Positions 7,919 to 17,124 of a stretch of DNA of 32,000 nucleotides are shown one piece after another. The number at the start of each line of letters is the position of its first letter. The first letter of the stretch is position 1. The notes beneath the pieces are model-generated. The model searched no databases. It was not told the DNA's origin and saw nothing but the letters and a program-made list of their open reading frames with translations. Position numbers and translations under genes: made by a program. Source of the DNA: Candidatus Thorarchaeota archaeon (GTDB lineage: Archaea > Asgardarchaeota > Heimdallarchaeia > Hodarchaeales > Hodarchaeaceae); NCBI GenBank assembly GCA_048882505.1, contig JBHLRO010000007.1:30001-62000 (forward strand), read 5' to 3'.

Positions 7919-8494
7919 CTACGGGCCCCCTGACAAAAAAGTTGTAAGGACAAGTAGTGTTAGATTGAAGATTACTCCCCCTATTCCAATGCGAGATAAT
8001 TTTTCATTCTGTGCAAGATCATTGAATGATGTGTGTCCCAGTCGGAGCCTTCGGACTGTACGAATTTCTACCCACCTATAATGCCTAATTGGATTATTAG
8101 AAATGGTGGATTTAGTGCCAAGGGGAATGCCTTCCTTGTTATAGGCGTCAAGTAGAAGGTGCGAGTACCAGCTCACCAAACAGCCAACGAAAAGGAAATT
8201 CACAAGGGGAGATCCAATAATTTGGTCAACGTACCACAGGGGAATAAAATAGATGCCAGTCCATGGGGAATGGGTTAGAGGATGTCGATATCGACGTAGA
8301 AGAACCCCGTTATGATCCCATCGGGCACCTGCTCGACGATCCAACCAATTTGGAAATAAACTCAAACAAGCCACACCGAATGCCAAAAGGGAAAATTCCC
8401 AGGCTAATTCCACTTGCTCTACCCGCACAACGAAATAGAATATCAATAAGTGGATCAGCCCAAGAGCAAAGAGGTAATGTGTGAGACCTTTCAC
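7919..8494 (-). CDS. YdjM-like membrane metal-dependent hydrolase
   Basis: Motifs MKGLTHY, SLFPNWLD, RHPLTHS and SHLLLDAYNKEGIPL with TM segments. It overlaps the upstream gene by 4 bp. Confidence 0.75.
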   Translation of the reverse strand: MKGLTHYLFALGLIHLLIFYFVVRVEQVELAWEFSLLAFGVACLSLFPNWLDRRAGARWDHNGVLLRRYRHPLTHSPWTGIYFIPLWYVDQIIGSPLVNFLFVGCLVSWYSHLLLDAYNKEGIPLGTKSTISNNPIRHYRWVEIRTVRRLRLGHTSFNDLAQNEKLSRIGIGGVIFNLTLLVLTTFLSGGP

Positions 8495-11400
8495 AGACTC
8501 CCTTCCTTACGACGGTTAATCAATAGGTTACCTGTCGAAATCATCACAACCAAAACAATGGCGCCAATTACTATTTGGGGAAGAAGTTCGTCGCTGAAAG
8601 GAACAGGTGATTGGCTATTAACAGGAGAAGGATTCGTATTAGAAGGAATTACCTCTGACTCCCCTTCAACAGTAAACGGTCCCACAACGCGTACCTGTTC
8701 TTGCCCGATATCGTCTGTTGCGACAATTCGAAAGGAATATGTTCCCAAATCCAACCAAACTGTAAACGTGTACGTTTGGCCAGATCTCTGAGGAGGATAT
8801 TGATCTCCATTGACCTCTAAGAAAACTGTAGTAACCTGATAATCATCAGTTACATCTACTGTGACTTGAACATTGCCTCCATCCTCTTGAAAGTTCACCT
8901 GCTGAATAGTGCTATTCCCGATCACAGGTGGGGAGTCTGTTGCATTAAATGTGCCTAGTATAATCCTGTGGGCACCATGAATATCAGAAATTACAACTGA
9001 ATAATTCCATAATGTTCGTGCGAGCAGGGGCGAGCGGAAAATCCATCTCTGTGTAGTGCTTCCTATGGATTCATAGATGAGGACCCCTGTCACATTTAGG
9101 GCGCTTTCATCATTTATGAGTTCAAGATAGACTGCTGAGGTGTCTATTGATGCATTTTCTTTATTGACAAGTATTGTGAGTGTAAAGTTTTGCCTGGTTT
9201 TCATGTAATTCTCAATGAAGATATTGGGAGCAAACCATGAAGTGTAATAGGTACTTGAATGAGAGGGACTATTTGCGTCCCAAGGATACCATACCATAAG
9301 GGTTACTGAGAGATTCTGAGGTATTATGTGGATTTGACCCTCATACCTATTCCAAAATGCCTGGTAGGTAAGTGGATAATTCTGCCCATTTATCTCAATT
9401 GTCACCTGGTCTATAGGGAGTCCGACGGGGTCCACCTCTACTTGCACTTCATAGTACACGGACTGCCACGTGAAATCAAACGAAGTGACCGTAGGCGCAG
9501 GGGGATACCACGTTATGGTGAAATGGCGCATGTCATACTCACCCAAAGTGGTACGGGCGTATAAGGTGATTTCCCATATCCCAGGAAATGGAAGCTGAAA
9601 ATCTAGGGTATAATTCTGGGTGAGAAAATCCCATTTCAAGTCGCCAACATAAGATCCATTTAGCCAGATCCCCACGCTCTCGAAATCAGGGTTGGTTTGC
9701 AAAAGGGTTTGAACGTTGTAGTTACCAGTACCATCTACTTCCACCAAACGAGGACCAATCAATAGATTAGTGGAGGGGACAATGGAAAAGTCTACTGTTT
9801 GTTGAACATTATTTCCTGCCTCGTCAAAAGCATACGCTGTGAGTTGATATTGACCAACTGTCAAATTATAAGCAATTGGGAGAGTATAGCTCTGATTTGT
9901 TGAATGGAGGCCTGAGATGAAATAGAGAATTGTAGCTCCATCGGAGGAGATAGATAAGATAAAGTCTCCCGTATAGCTTTGGTTAAACGGGGTATCAATT
10001 TGTAGAATAGGTGGAATAGTATCAACGGAAAAACTGACCTGTTGGGTTATATTATTACCCACCATATCTTCTACGGTTATTTTGAGAAGGTGACTCCCCT
10101 CGGATAGACTTTGGAACATAATTGGGTATGGAGAGAGGACTATATTACCATCCAACCAGACTGAAACTTGGGTACCATCGGTAAGAAAGGAAAATCGAAC
10201 ATCTGAGGAAACATATGACGTATTTATGGGACTAATGATTCCTAAGGAGGGGGCAGTTTTGTCAACGGTGAAATCTGCAAAAACGTGGGTCATTAAACCC
10301 CATTGGTTCACCCCATAAGCATGTAGAGTATAACCACCCTCAACCAATGAGCGATACACAGTTTTATCCCATGTAACGTTTGTAGAATCTACGTTATCAA
10401 TGAAATACCAATAACTCTGGGCATTCCCGTCCAAAATAACAGGAAATATCCCTCCTACTGCGGTCGTGTGCGCAGGACTTAGAATATTTATAACTGGAGG
10501 TTCTGGTTTCACCTCCAGATACATTATAGGACTCCAAGCCTCTTGGAAATATCCTGATGAGGGAGTTAGTACTTGGAGGGCATAGATTCCTGGCTGACTG
10601 AATTGTATGTAAAAGTCATAGCGACCAGCGCCATTTGTTACGTCTATCACACTCGAAGTACCATTAACATATAATACAGCATCATAGACAGTCAGAGGGC
10701 CCGTGATCTCCCCAAGGACTATTCCATCTAGATGAACGGTCACATTTATTGTGGTCGTGGTAGGAGAAGTTAAGGTGACAGTTACTTCTTCATGAACTGC
10801 AGTGGGATGTTGAACCTCTCGTAAGTAAACGTAGGTGTCATTATTACGAACCATGATATTCTTGGATCCGCGACTCGTGAAGGTGTAACTGTACGGAGTC
10901 GGACTTCCACTCCCTGAAACCCAATTCTGCCAAAGGATCCCTTCGATCCAAATCTGATAACGTTCCGAGCTACTCACAGTAAAGTAGTAGGGATCATTGA
11001 CACTTCCAATACCTGATCCGACAACTGTAAGGTCTGATATGACCCACATGGTACTAGAATCGTACTTGGTATCGCTGGGGCCTTGCGCGCGGATTGTGAA
11101 TCCACCCTTATAATAGGGCGTGGACCAATTAAAAGTGCCCTGCCCAGATCCATTGAGTTGAGTTGTTCCAATGATAAACCAGCCAGTTTCGCCATTTTTC
11201 TGCCAACTTAAATCGATCCAATCATTAAGACCGCCTTGGAGGATGATTATGGTCCAATTATTTGCCACCACCTCGCCAGCGATCATCACAGAGAGAGGAG
11301 GCCGTACGGTGAAGCTGATAATTGGCGTGTTGGTTGCTCCACGATAGAATCGGGTAATATTTCCCGTATAGGAAACTTCAACGAAGTGGAGGCCAATTTG

Positions 11401-13287
11401 GGTTGATTGGGAGATGAAGTAGTCATAGATAAAGATACCGTTCGCGCCTGTCTGTGCTTTTCCTAAAAAGACCCCTGATGTGGTATCCATCAAACTAACC
11501 TCCTCAAAATAAACAGGATTTCCAATTTCATCCACTAGTTCTCCCCATATTCGAAGTGTGTGTCCTTTCACTACCTCTGAGGCATTCTGACCCGTCGTAT
11601 TGAAGGTTGGATTGGAGAATACGGTGAGGTTGAAGGTTTCTAAATGTGCATCATAGTTGGGAGATCCAAGATAGTGAATCTGGTATTGACTGACCCCCAA
11701 AACATGATCGGGCTCTATATAGAAGTAAAAGTCCAACCCCGGGGCGGTATCCTTAGTTTCGATGGCGGTACCATTGGAGAATTCAAGTACGATTTGGCCT
11801 TCGGTTATCGCGACCCCACCCGAAAGCACAGTTGTGGTGATAGTGGTAGTTGTCCCGTGATCGACTATCCCCGTTCCGTAGTCTAGATCAATTGTGGTGA
11901 TTCCTTTGATCGTAACCGTGACCTCCACTTGTTGATCTAGGATATCAGATGGAGTGTTGAATGTCCTCAATCCATACTTATGGGACCCTACTGTGGCATT
12001 ACTTGGGATTTGGTAAGCAAATATTACAAACCCATTAATATCAGTAGATCGGTTTTCCAAAGACTGATAGCCATCTGTGACATCTATGAGTTCTACGTCC
12101 GTAACAACAGGTCTAGTCCAGATATCTTCCTCCGTGACGTAAACCGACAGCTCAATCGTCTCATTGTGTCTATACATGCTTGAATTGGTTGTCGGGTCTA
12201 TACGGGCGTTATCTACGATAACTAATCCTTGACTGATATTGTCATATACAGTGGATCCACTTGTGTCAGTCAAAATCGTTAAAATAGTCAACGAACCTAA
12301 CGTAATGGAGCTATTGGGAGAAAAGGTAAATATTACGTTTCTTGAAGTTAAAATGGTCTTGTTGATACTTATTCTTTGACCCCCATCGAAATAATACGAT
12401 TCTAATGGAAGACCCACAGGGTAGTCGCCTACCACTGTGATATTCAATTCGGCGGCTTCCGCATTACGCTGAATTGTGGTCAGGTTAACCTGTTGAACCA
12501 GAGAGAATCCATCCCCTTCTATTTGGACGCTAAGCCAGGAAGAGATCGCGGGGGCTGTCCCGCTTAATCCCGACCCCGTATAGTTCGCCATGAAATAATT
12601 CAGACCTACGGGGTAGTATTCTGGGATGGGGTAATCAAAACTATGTGTTAGTATTGTGGGATTGCTGTCAGGATAGTAGAACCGGAGAGGACCGTATGTG
12701 TAGATAGTGGGGGTTCCTGATAAATTTTGATTGGTGACTGAAAGATAACCCCCTTCAAAATACCAGTTCTCGAGAATGGAAAGCGTCAACGTAAAACGAA
12801 CGCTGTCATTCTTATGAGCTACAGTTGAATTAATTGTCAGGTCGAGGAATGGAGTTTGTTGGGATCCAGGGACGATATCTTCTACAATGACTTCACAAGT
12901 TCCCGTACTGGTCTGATAGCCAGGGAATCCCTGAAAATCCGCCTGAAAGACATGGATGCCAGGAGTGGAAAGACTCCATGGCCAGGTGCTAGTGATACTT
13001 CCACTCACTAAATTAACGAGATCCGTTTGACTAGAATTGAGATGAGTAATAAGAACGGAACCCGTTGGAACTGGATCCACCCCTGCATAAACGATGACAG
13101 TAAAGACGGGAGGTTCGCTAGTTCCAACAACCCCAGTGTCACTCAAAAGAGTGGTAGTGGTACTTAAAGGAGCCGCAAGGATAGATGTGGGGTCTCGAAG
13201 AACAACAATTACACTTACAACAACCAGGAGTAAAAATCCTCTTCGTAGTTTGTTTTCGTGCTTCACGTTACCAGAGCCATTGAACAT
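8491..13287 (-). CDS. Giant cell-surface protein with multiple Ig-like (Big) domains and a C-terminal TM anchor
   Basis: Basic plus hydrophobic N-terminus (KLRRGFLLLVVVSVIVVL). It is Thr/Val-rich with beta repeats such as FTVDKTAPSLGIISP and FSVDTIPPILQIDTP, and many N-x-S/T sequons. It ends in a Pro/Ser linker, TM IVIGAIVLVVMISTGNLLI and a basic tail. Confidence 0.85.
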   Translation of the reverse strand: MFNGSGNVKHENKLRRGFLLLVVVSVIVVLRDPTSILAAPLSTTTTLLSDTGVVGTSEPPVFTVIVYAGVDPVPTGSVLITHLNSSQTDLVNLVSGSITSTWPWSLSTPGIHVFQADFQGFPGYQTSTGTCEVIVEDIVPGSQQTPFLDLTINSTVAHKNDSVRFTLTLSILENWYFEGGYLSVTNQNLSGTPTIYTYGPLRFYYPDSNPTILTHSFDYPIPEYYPVGLNYFMANYTGSGLSGTAPAISSWLSVQIEGDGFSLVQQVNLTTIQRNAEAAELNITVVGDYPVGLPLESYYFDGGQRISINKTILTSRNVIFTFSPNSSITLGSLTILTILTDTSGSTVYDNISQGLVIVDNARIDPTTNSSMYRHNETIELSVYVTEEDIWTRPVVTDVELIDVTDGYQSLENRSTDINGFVIFAYQIPSNATVGSHKYGLRTFNTPSDILDQQVEVTVTIKGITTIDLDYGTGIVDHGTTTTITTTVLSGGVAITEGQIVLEFSNGTAIETKDTAPGLDFYFYIEPDHVLGVSQYQIHYLGSPNYDAHLETFNLTVFSNPTFNTTGQNASEVVKGHTLRIWGELVDEIGNPVYFEEVSLMDTTSGVFLGKAQTGANGIFIYDYFISQSTQIGLHFVEVSYTGNITRFYRGATNTPIISFTVRPPLSVMIAGEVVANNWTIIILQGGLNDWIDLSWQKNGETGWFIIGTTQLNGSGQGTFNWSTPYYKGGFTIRAQGPSDTKYDSSTMWVISDLTVVGSGIGSVNDPYYFTVSSSERYQIWIEGILWQNWVSGSGSPTPYSYTFTSRGSKNIMVRNNDTYVYLREVQHPTAVHEEVTVTLTSPTTTTINVTVHLDGIVLGEITGPLTVYDAVLYVNGTSSVIDVTNGAGRYDFYIQFSQPGIYALQVLTPSSGYFQEAWSPIMYLEVKPEPPVINILSPAHTTAVGGIFPVILDGNAQSYWYFIDNVDSTNVTWDKTVYRSLVEGGYTLHAYGVNQWGLMTHVFADFTVDKTAPSLGIISPINTSYVSSDVRFSFLTDGTQVSVWLDGNIVLSPYPIMFQSLSEGSHLLKITVEDMVGNNITQQVSFSVDTIPPILQIDTPFNQSYTGDFILSISSDGATILYFISGLHSTNQSYTLPIAYNLTVGQYQLTAYAFDEAGNNVQQTVDFSIVPSTNLLIGPRLVEVDGTGNYNVQTLLQTNPDFESVGIWLNGSYVGDLKWDFLTQNYTLDFQLPFPGIWEITLYARTTLGEYDMRHFTITWYPPAPTVTSFDFTWQSVYYEVQVEVDPVGLPIDQVTIEINGQNYPLTYQAFWNRYEGQIHIIPQNLSVTLMVWYPWDANSPSHSSTYYTSWFAPNIFIENYMKTRQNFTLTILVNKENASIDTSAVYLELINDESALNVTGVLIYESIGSTTQRWIFRSPLLARTLWNYSVVISDIHGAHRIILGTFNATDSPPVIGNSTIQQVNFQEDGGNVQVTVDVTDDYQVTTVFLEVNGDQYPPQRSGQTYTFTVWLDLGTYSFRIVATDDIGQEQVRVVGPFTVEGESEVIPSNTNPSPVNSQSPVPFSDELLPQIVIGAIVLVVMISTGNLLINRRKEGSL
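9780..10500 (-). repeat. Three tandem Ig-like (Big) protein repeats of about 80 aa (approximate bounds)
   Basis: Recurrent pattern [PS]x(I/L)xI(L/I/D)(S/T)P...G.(Y/H).L......D..GN......F(T/S)(V/I) in the translation. Confidence 0.6.
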
Positions 13288-13336
13288 TTCTCATGATACC
13301 TCTGTCTGAGTTTTCCCCCTTCCAATGGAATGCCCA

Positions 13337-13386
13337 CTTAAATAGCTGTAAATCTGGCAGCTGATTCTAGTTTTCTACTATTTAAG
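13337..13386. promoter_or_regulatory. Divergent promoter with inverted TATA-like boxes (CTTAAATAG 13337-13345 / CTATTTAAG 13378-13386) and the shared 16-bp motif at 13371-13386
   Basis: Perfect 9-bp inverted repeat with a 32-bp spacer, between the surface-protein operon (-) and radA (+). Confidence 0.6.
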
Positions 13387-13464
13387 CAAGATCCGGGAAG
13401 GAAACTGAAATGATCGGACTTCGAAAAAAGAAGTCAGATATAACTCAACTGAGGTAAATGAATC

Positions 13465-14502
13465 ATGGCAAAAACATCAGAAGATAAAGACCTGACCACA
13501 CAAGGCATCATCGACCATTTAAAGGGCGAAGAAAAACCGAAAACTTCCACCAGAAAGAAATCTGCCTCCAATGAAGAGGTTGAGTTTCTGGATACAATTA
13601 AGGGGATCGGCCCCACTACAAAGGAGCGTCTCCAAGGTGCTGGATACCGTACAAAGGAAACTATTGCCCTCGCTACCAGATCTCAACTCAGCCAAATCTC
13701 AGGGATTGCAGATAAAACTGCAGAACTACTTATCAAAGAGGCCCGAGCCCGTTTTGACTTGGGATTGAAGAAAGGCACAGCTTTTGCAGAGGCAAGTGAA
13801 ACCCGATTCCACCTTACAACAGGGGCGAGTACCTTTGATGAAATGATTGGAGGTGGATTAGAGAGTGGCAGCATCGCTGAACTTGCAGGCGAAAACGGCT
13901 GTGGTAAAACCCAACTGTGTCATCAATTGGCGGTGAACAGTATCAAATATCTAGATAAAGATGTGATCTGGATCGATACAGAGGGCACATTTCGTCACCG
14001 TCGGATCTCGCAGATGGCTGAAGCACTGGGCCTAGATTCCATGAAAGTATTAGAAAGAATCACTGTTGGTCGCGCTTATAACTCAGAGCATCAAATGGCG
14101 TTGACAGAGGAAGCTCTTACAACTGTTACCAATATAGGCCTAATCATTGTCGATGGTCTTATGTCTCATTTTCGTTCGGAATTTGCCGGACGCAGTTCGC
14201 TAGCTGAACGACAACAACTCATCGGTAAACACTTGTCATTCATTGCAAAGCAGTCTGATATGATTAACTGCGTGGCAGTTATAACAAATCAAGTTTCAGC
14301 TAAACCTGACGGGTTACCCTTCGGCGATCCAAATGAACCGATTGGAGGTAATGTTGTAGGTCATACAGTTACCACTCGCATTCGGTTGTACAAAGGAAAG
14401 GATCCTAAGCGAACAGCACATCTGAAAAAGAACCCAGAACTTCCTGATGGAAAGATTGAGTTTGCTGTTTTAGCTGATGGCATTCGCGATTTCAAAAAAT
14501 AA
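13465..14502 (+). CDS. radA: RadA (Rad51/Dmc1-like) recombinase, divergent paralog
   Basis: HhH N-domain (IKGIGPTTKERLQGAGY), TTGASTFDEMIGGGLESG, Walker A GENGCGKT (13888-13911), IDTEGTF, RAYNSEHQM, LAERQQ, TNQV, PIGGNVVGH and GIRD. A GAGGT SD site lies at 13451. Confidence 0.93.
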   Translation: MAKTSEDKDLTTQGIIDHLKGEEKPKTSTRKKSASNEEVEFLDTIKGIGPTTKERLQGAGYRTKETIALATRSQLSQISGIADKTAELLIKEARARFDLGLKKGTAFAEASETRFHLTTGASTFDEMIGGGLESGSIAELAGENGCGKTQLCHQLAVNSIKYLDKDVIWIDTEGTFRHRRISQMAEALGLDSMKVLERITVGRAYNSEHQMALTEEALTTVTNIGLIIVDGLMSHFRSEFAGRSSLAERQQLIGKHLSFIAKQSDMINCVAVITNQVSAKPDGLPFGDPNEPIGGNVVGHTVTTRIRLYKGKDPKRTAHLKKNPELPDGKIEFAVLADGIRDFKK

Positions 14503-14532
14503 TCCAATATCTCCTGTTACAGAAGGGAACGC

Positions 14533-17118
14533 GTGGTGGATGTTGCAGTTCGAGTCCTAGAGGATAAATCAACACTCCTCCACGTTCCACTGCCGGAAAA
14601 TTCGGTTTTAGCACCTAAAGCTACCCTAGTTACGCTATACGCCATTCAACCATCCAAAGATTTTCAGAATGCGGCTCAAACTTTGTTTCGAGCGGCCGAC
14701 CAACCTGGTGTTCAGATAATCCGGTCAGTTTATTCCGTTCAACCCCAACGCTCGCGAAAGGAAACTCCCCCTCAATATTTGGCACTCCAAATGTTGGTAC
14801 GAGTGACATATGAGTTCAATGTTCTTGCGAAGGGTCTTCTCCCATACTTCCTCCAAGAAGCTCGCAAGGAATTTGCCCGGCGTCGAAACACCACATTATC
14901 AATTCTCGAAGCCAGTGGCTGTAACGTGACCCTCGTCAAAGGGAAAGACCTAGTTCAAGCGTATTTATTTCAGAAAAGAATCCCAGCAGGTATTACAGTA
15001 TTTAAGGATCAGAAAGGTTTCCACTCAAAATTCATCGACCCTTTCCTTCGCCTCGATCGAGTACCCTCTCGCCGCATCCATACCTTTCACGCACCTGAAC
15101 TTCCAGTCACCCATCAGCTTGGAGTTCGTTTTGAGAATGCCATGCGTTCTGTGGGGTTCCCACACATCCCCCGTGGTATAGTATTGGTAGCTGGAACCCA
15201 AGAATTAGAATATTTATCTGTTCTCCATCAGTTGACTGGATCTTTTATTGAAAAAGGGAATTACGGTAATATCTTTATTCTTGACACCCGTAGTGAAATG
15301 AATGGCCTAGCTAATTATTTTCAACATCATCCGCACAAACTCCATGGTTACCAATTACAGGTCCTTAGACTTGGTGTTAATATCCATCTTAACATATGTG
15401 ATGTTCATTTACCTGAACTTCCAGATGTAGAGAATGAGCAGGCAATGGAGGCCCAGGCGGCGTTTAAAGCAGAGCTAATTGGAGATATTTTGACGAGTGC
15501 ACTTCAAATGACAGAGTACATGACCTCTCGTTATTCAATGCCGTTAAAACTCCAAATTAAGCGTGCCGCAAAGGTGATCTCGTCATTTACTCTGAAAGAT
15601 GTTACGCATGAATTAGTACCTAGGCAGTCAGATATGACTGATTCCTCGGGTGTGGATTCATTTGTTGCAGATATCACAGCACTTGAACAACTGTCCGGGA
15701 TCTTAGAACAGTTCAGAGCGTTTCCGGAAATCAACTATCAACATTTTCTCTCCCACTTTGGAAAATACCTCACTCCTTCTAAAACAGTTACTCTCTTTCA
15801 ATTGGGGGCGCAACCACCCATGATAGGTCGGGCAGTTGTTACGTATCTTCTACACTTCTTAGCCCAGACAATGACAAGTGGAGCTGTCATCATAACCCAC
15901 GCAGACGATTATCTATCACGTTGGGGAACAGATGGGTTCAAAAGGCACGTTACTCCTCAACTTCTTGTGAAGAGCTGCAAAGAGCTGTCTCGTAGTAATG
16001 CACTAGTCTTCGGAAGCCAAGGGGTCCAAGGACTCCAAAATGCCATGGGATTTTTTGAGGAAATGGAAAATGCCGTTTATCTACGGTTAACCAATAAGCG
16101 AGATAGAGAAACAATTCTTAGTCACCACCAGCTTGCGCTAAGTTATTCTCGTTCTCACGGGATCGATCAACAAACACTTGACATTTCCACAGGTGAAGGA
16201 TTGTTATTTCGTCAAGATGCTCCTGAAAATGCTGCTTATCATTTTTCATGGTACAATGACTATCCTCTGGATCTCCGGCCAATCCAGTTGGGTATAGCAA
16301 AACAACGTGGATCAAAAACGTTGGGTTTGACGCCAGAACACTATGCTATTTTAATGACAATCCTGAAACAACTCAACCATTCGCCGAGGCCTCAAACAGA
16401 AATCATGTCCCTTATAGATGAAAGTGCTGGACAACAGGCCCTGTTTTTTGTAGAGAAAATCGCTCCGCTTGGCCTTTATCATGAAAACCTCCAGGAGGGA
16501 ATCACATATTGGGAATTATCTATGCGGGGAAAAGATTTTTATGACGAACAGAGAGATTTCGTGCAACAACTCCCAGGACCATTGGAAATTTCAGAAATAA
16601 CGGGGGTGGAAAGTACCCTCAAACATTTAGAAGAGTTCTCAGACTCGGGGGCCTCCAAAGAAGAACGCGAAAACACTATAAAAGAAGTCAAAATACTCCT
16701 CGGCGGACTTTTAAATCTAGTTGATCAATTAAGACCATCTACACCCTGGGTACGAGTAGCAGAGTATCTTGACTTAGTACAAATGACTGGATTGGAATTA
16801 CAAGACATCAGAAATATGTTTGATCAAGCTAATGAATTGGCGAACAATTTACTGCTTGAAGCTAAAAAACTTGAATGGGGTGAGTCGTCTCAATCAAAGC
16901 AGTCCCTATCTAAAAACATTTCTTCTCAGGATGAATCTAGTACACTGGATAAACACCTACCTAATTTAAAAACCCAGTTTTTGCAGCAACTATCCCGAGA
17001 TCTAGAATTGCCAGCTTATCCACAAACTGGCATTTTGGATCTTTATGAAGTCTTGCAGAAATTAGGCCGTTCTTTATTTGACGAGCTAGAAAAGGTGGAT
17101 GGCCCAACAGAGGAATAA
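14533..17118 (+). CDS. HerA/VirB4 (FtsK-HerA superfamily)-like protein with degenerate Walker motifs and a C-terminal winged-helix
   Basis: IFILDTRSE ~ hhhDxxGEY, LRLGVNIHLNI, AELIGDIL, FGSQ ~ ATQ and AVYLRL. Walker A reads IVLVAGTQELEYL and Walker B reads VIITHAD. YWELSMRGKDF is a wHTH wing motif. Confidence 0.6.
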   Translation: MVDVAVRVLEDKSTLLHVPLPENSVLAPKATLVTLYAIQPSKDFQNAAQTLFRAADQPGVQIIRSVYSVQPQRSRKETPPQYLALQMLVRVTYEFNVLAKGLLPYFLQEARKEFARRRNTTLSILEASGCNVTLVKGKDLVQAYLFQKRIPAGITVFKDQKGFHSKFIDPFLRLDRVPSRRIHTFHAPELPVTHQLGVRFENAMRSVGFPHIPRGIVLVAGTQELEYLSVLHQLTGSFIEKGNYGNIFILDTRSEMNGLANYFQHHPHKLHGYQLQVLRLGVNIHLNICDVHLPELPDVENEQAMEAQAAFKAELIGDILTSALQMTEYMTSRYSMPLKLQIKRAAKVISSFTLKDVTHELVPRQSDMTDSSGVDSFVADITALEQLSGILEQFRAFPEINYQHFLSHFGKYLTPSKTVTLFQLGAQPPMIGRAVVTYLLHFLAQTMTSGAVIITHADDYLSRWGTDGFKRHVTPQLLVKSCKELSRSNALVFGSQGVQGLQNAMGFFEEMENAVYLRLTNKRDRETILSHHQLALSYSRSHGIDQQTLDISTGEGLLFRQDAPENAAYHFSWYNDYPLDLRPIQLGIAKQRGSKTLGLTPEHYAILMTILKQLNHSPRPQTEIMSLIDESAGQQALFFVEKIAPLGLYHENLQEGITYWELSMRGKDFYDEQRDFVQQLPGPLEISEITGVESTLKHLEEFSDSGASKEERENTIKEVKILLGGLLNLVDQLRPSTPWVRVAEYLDLVQMTGLELQDIRNMFDQANELANNLLLEAKKLEWGESSQSKQSLSKNISSQDESSTLDKHLPNLKTQFLQQLSRDLELPAYPQTGILDLYEVLQKLGRSLFDELEKVDGPTEE

Positions 17119-17124
17119 AACACC

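Noticed and set aside
8263-13309. Numerous short plus-strand ORFs antisense to the giant surface protein and its neighbours
   Set aside because: Shadow ORFs with no recognisable features. The same applies to short antisense ORFs within radA, xpd, the PEP-utilising gene and luxCE.
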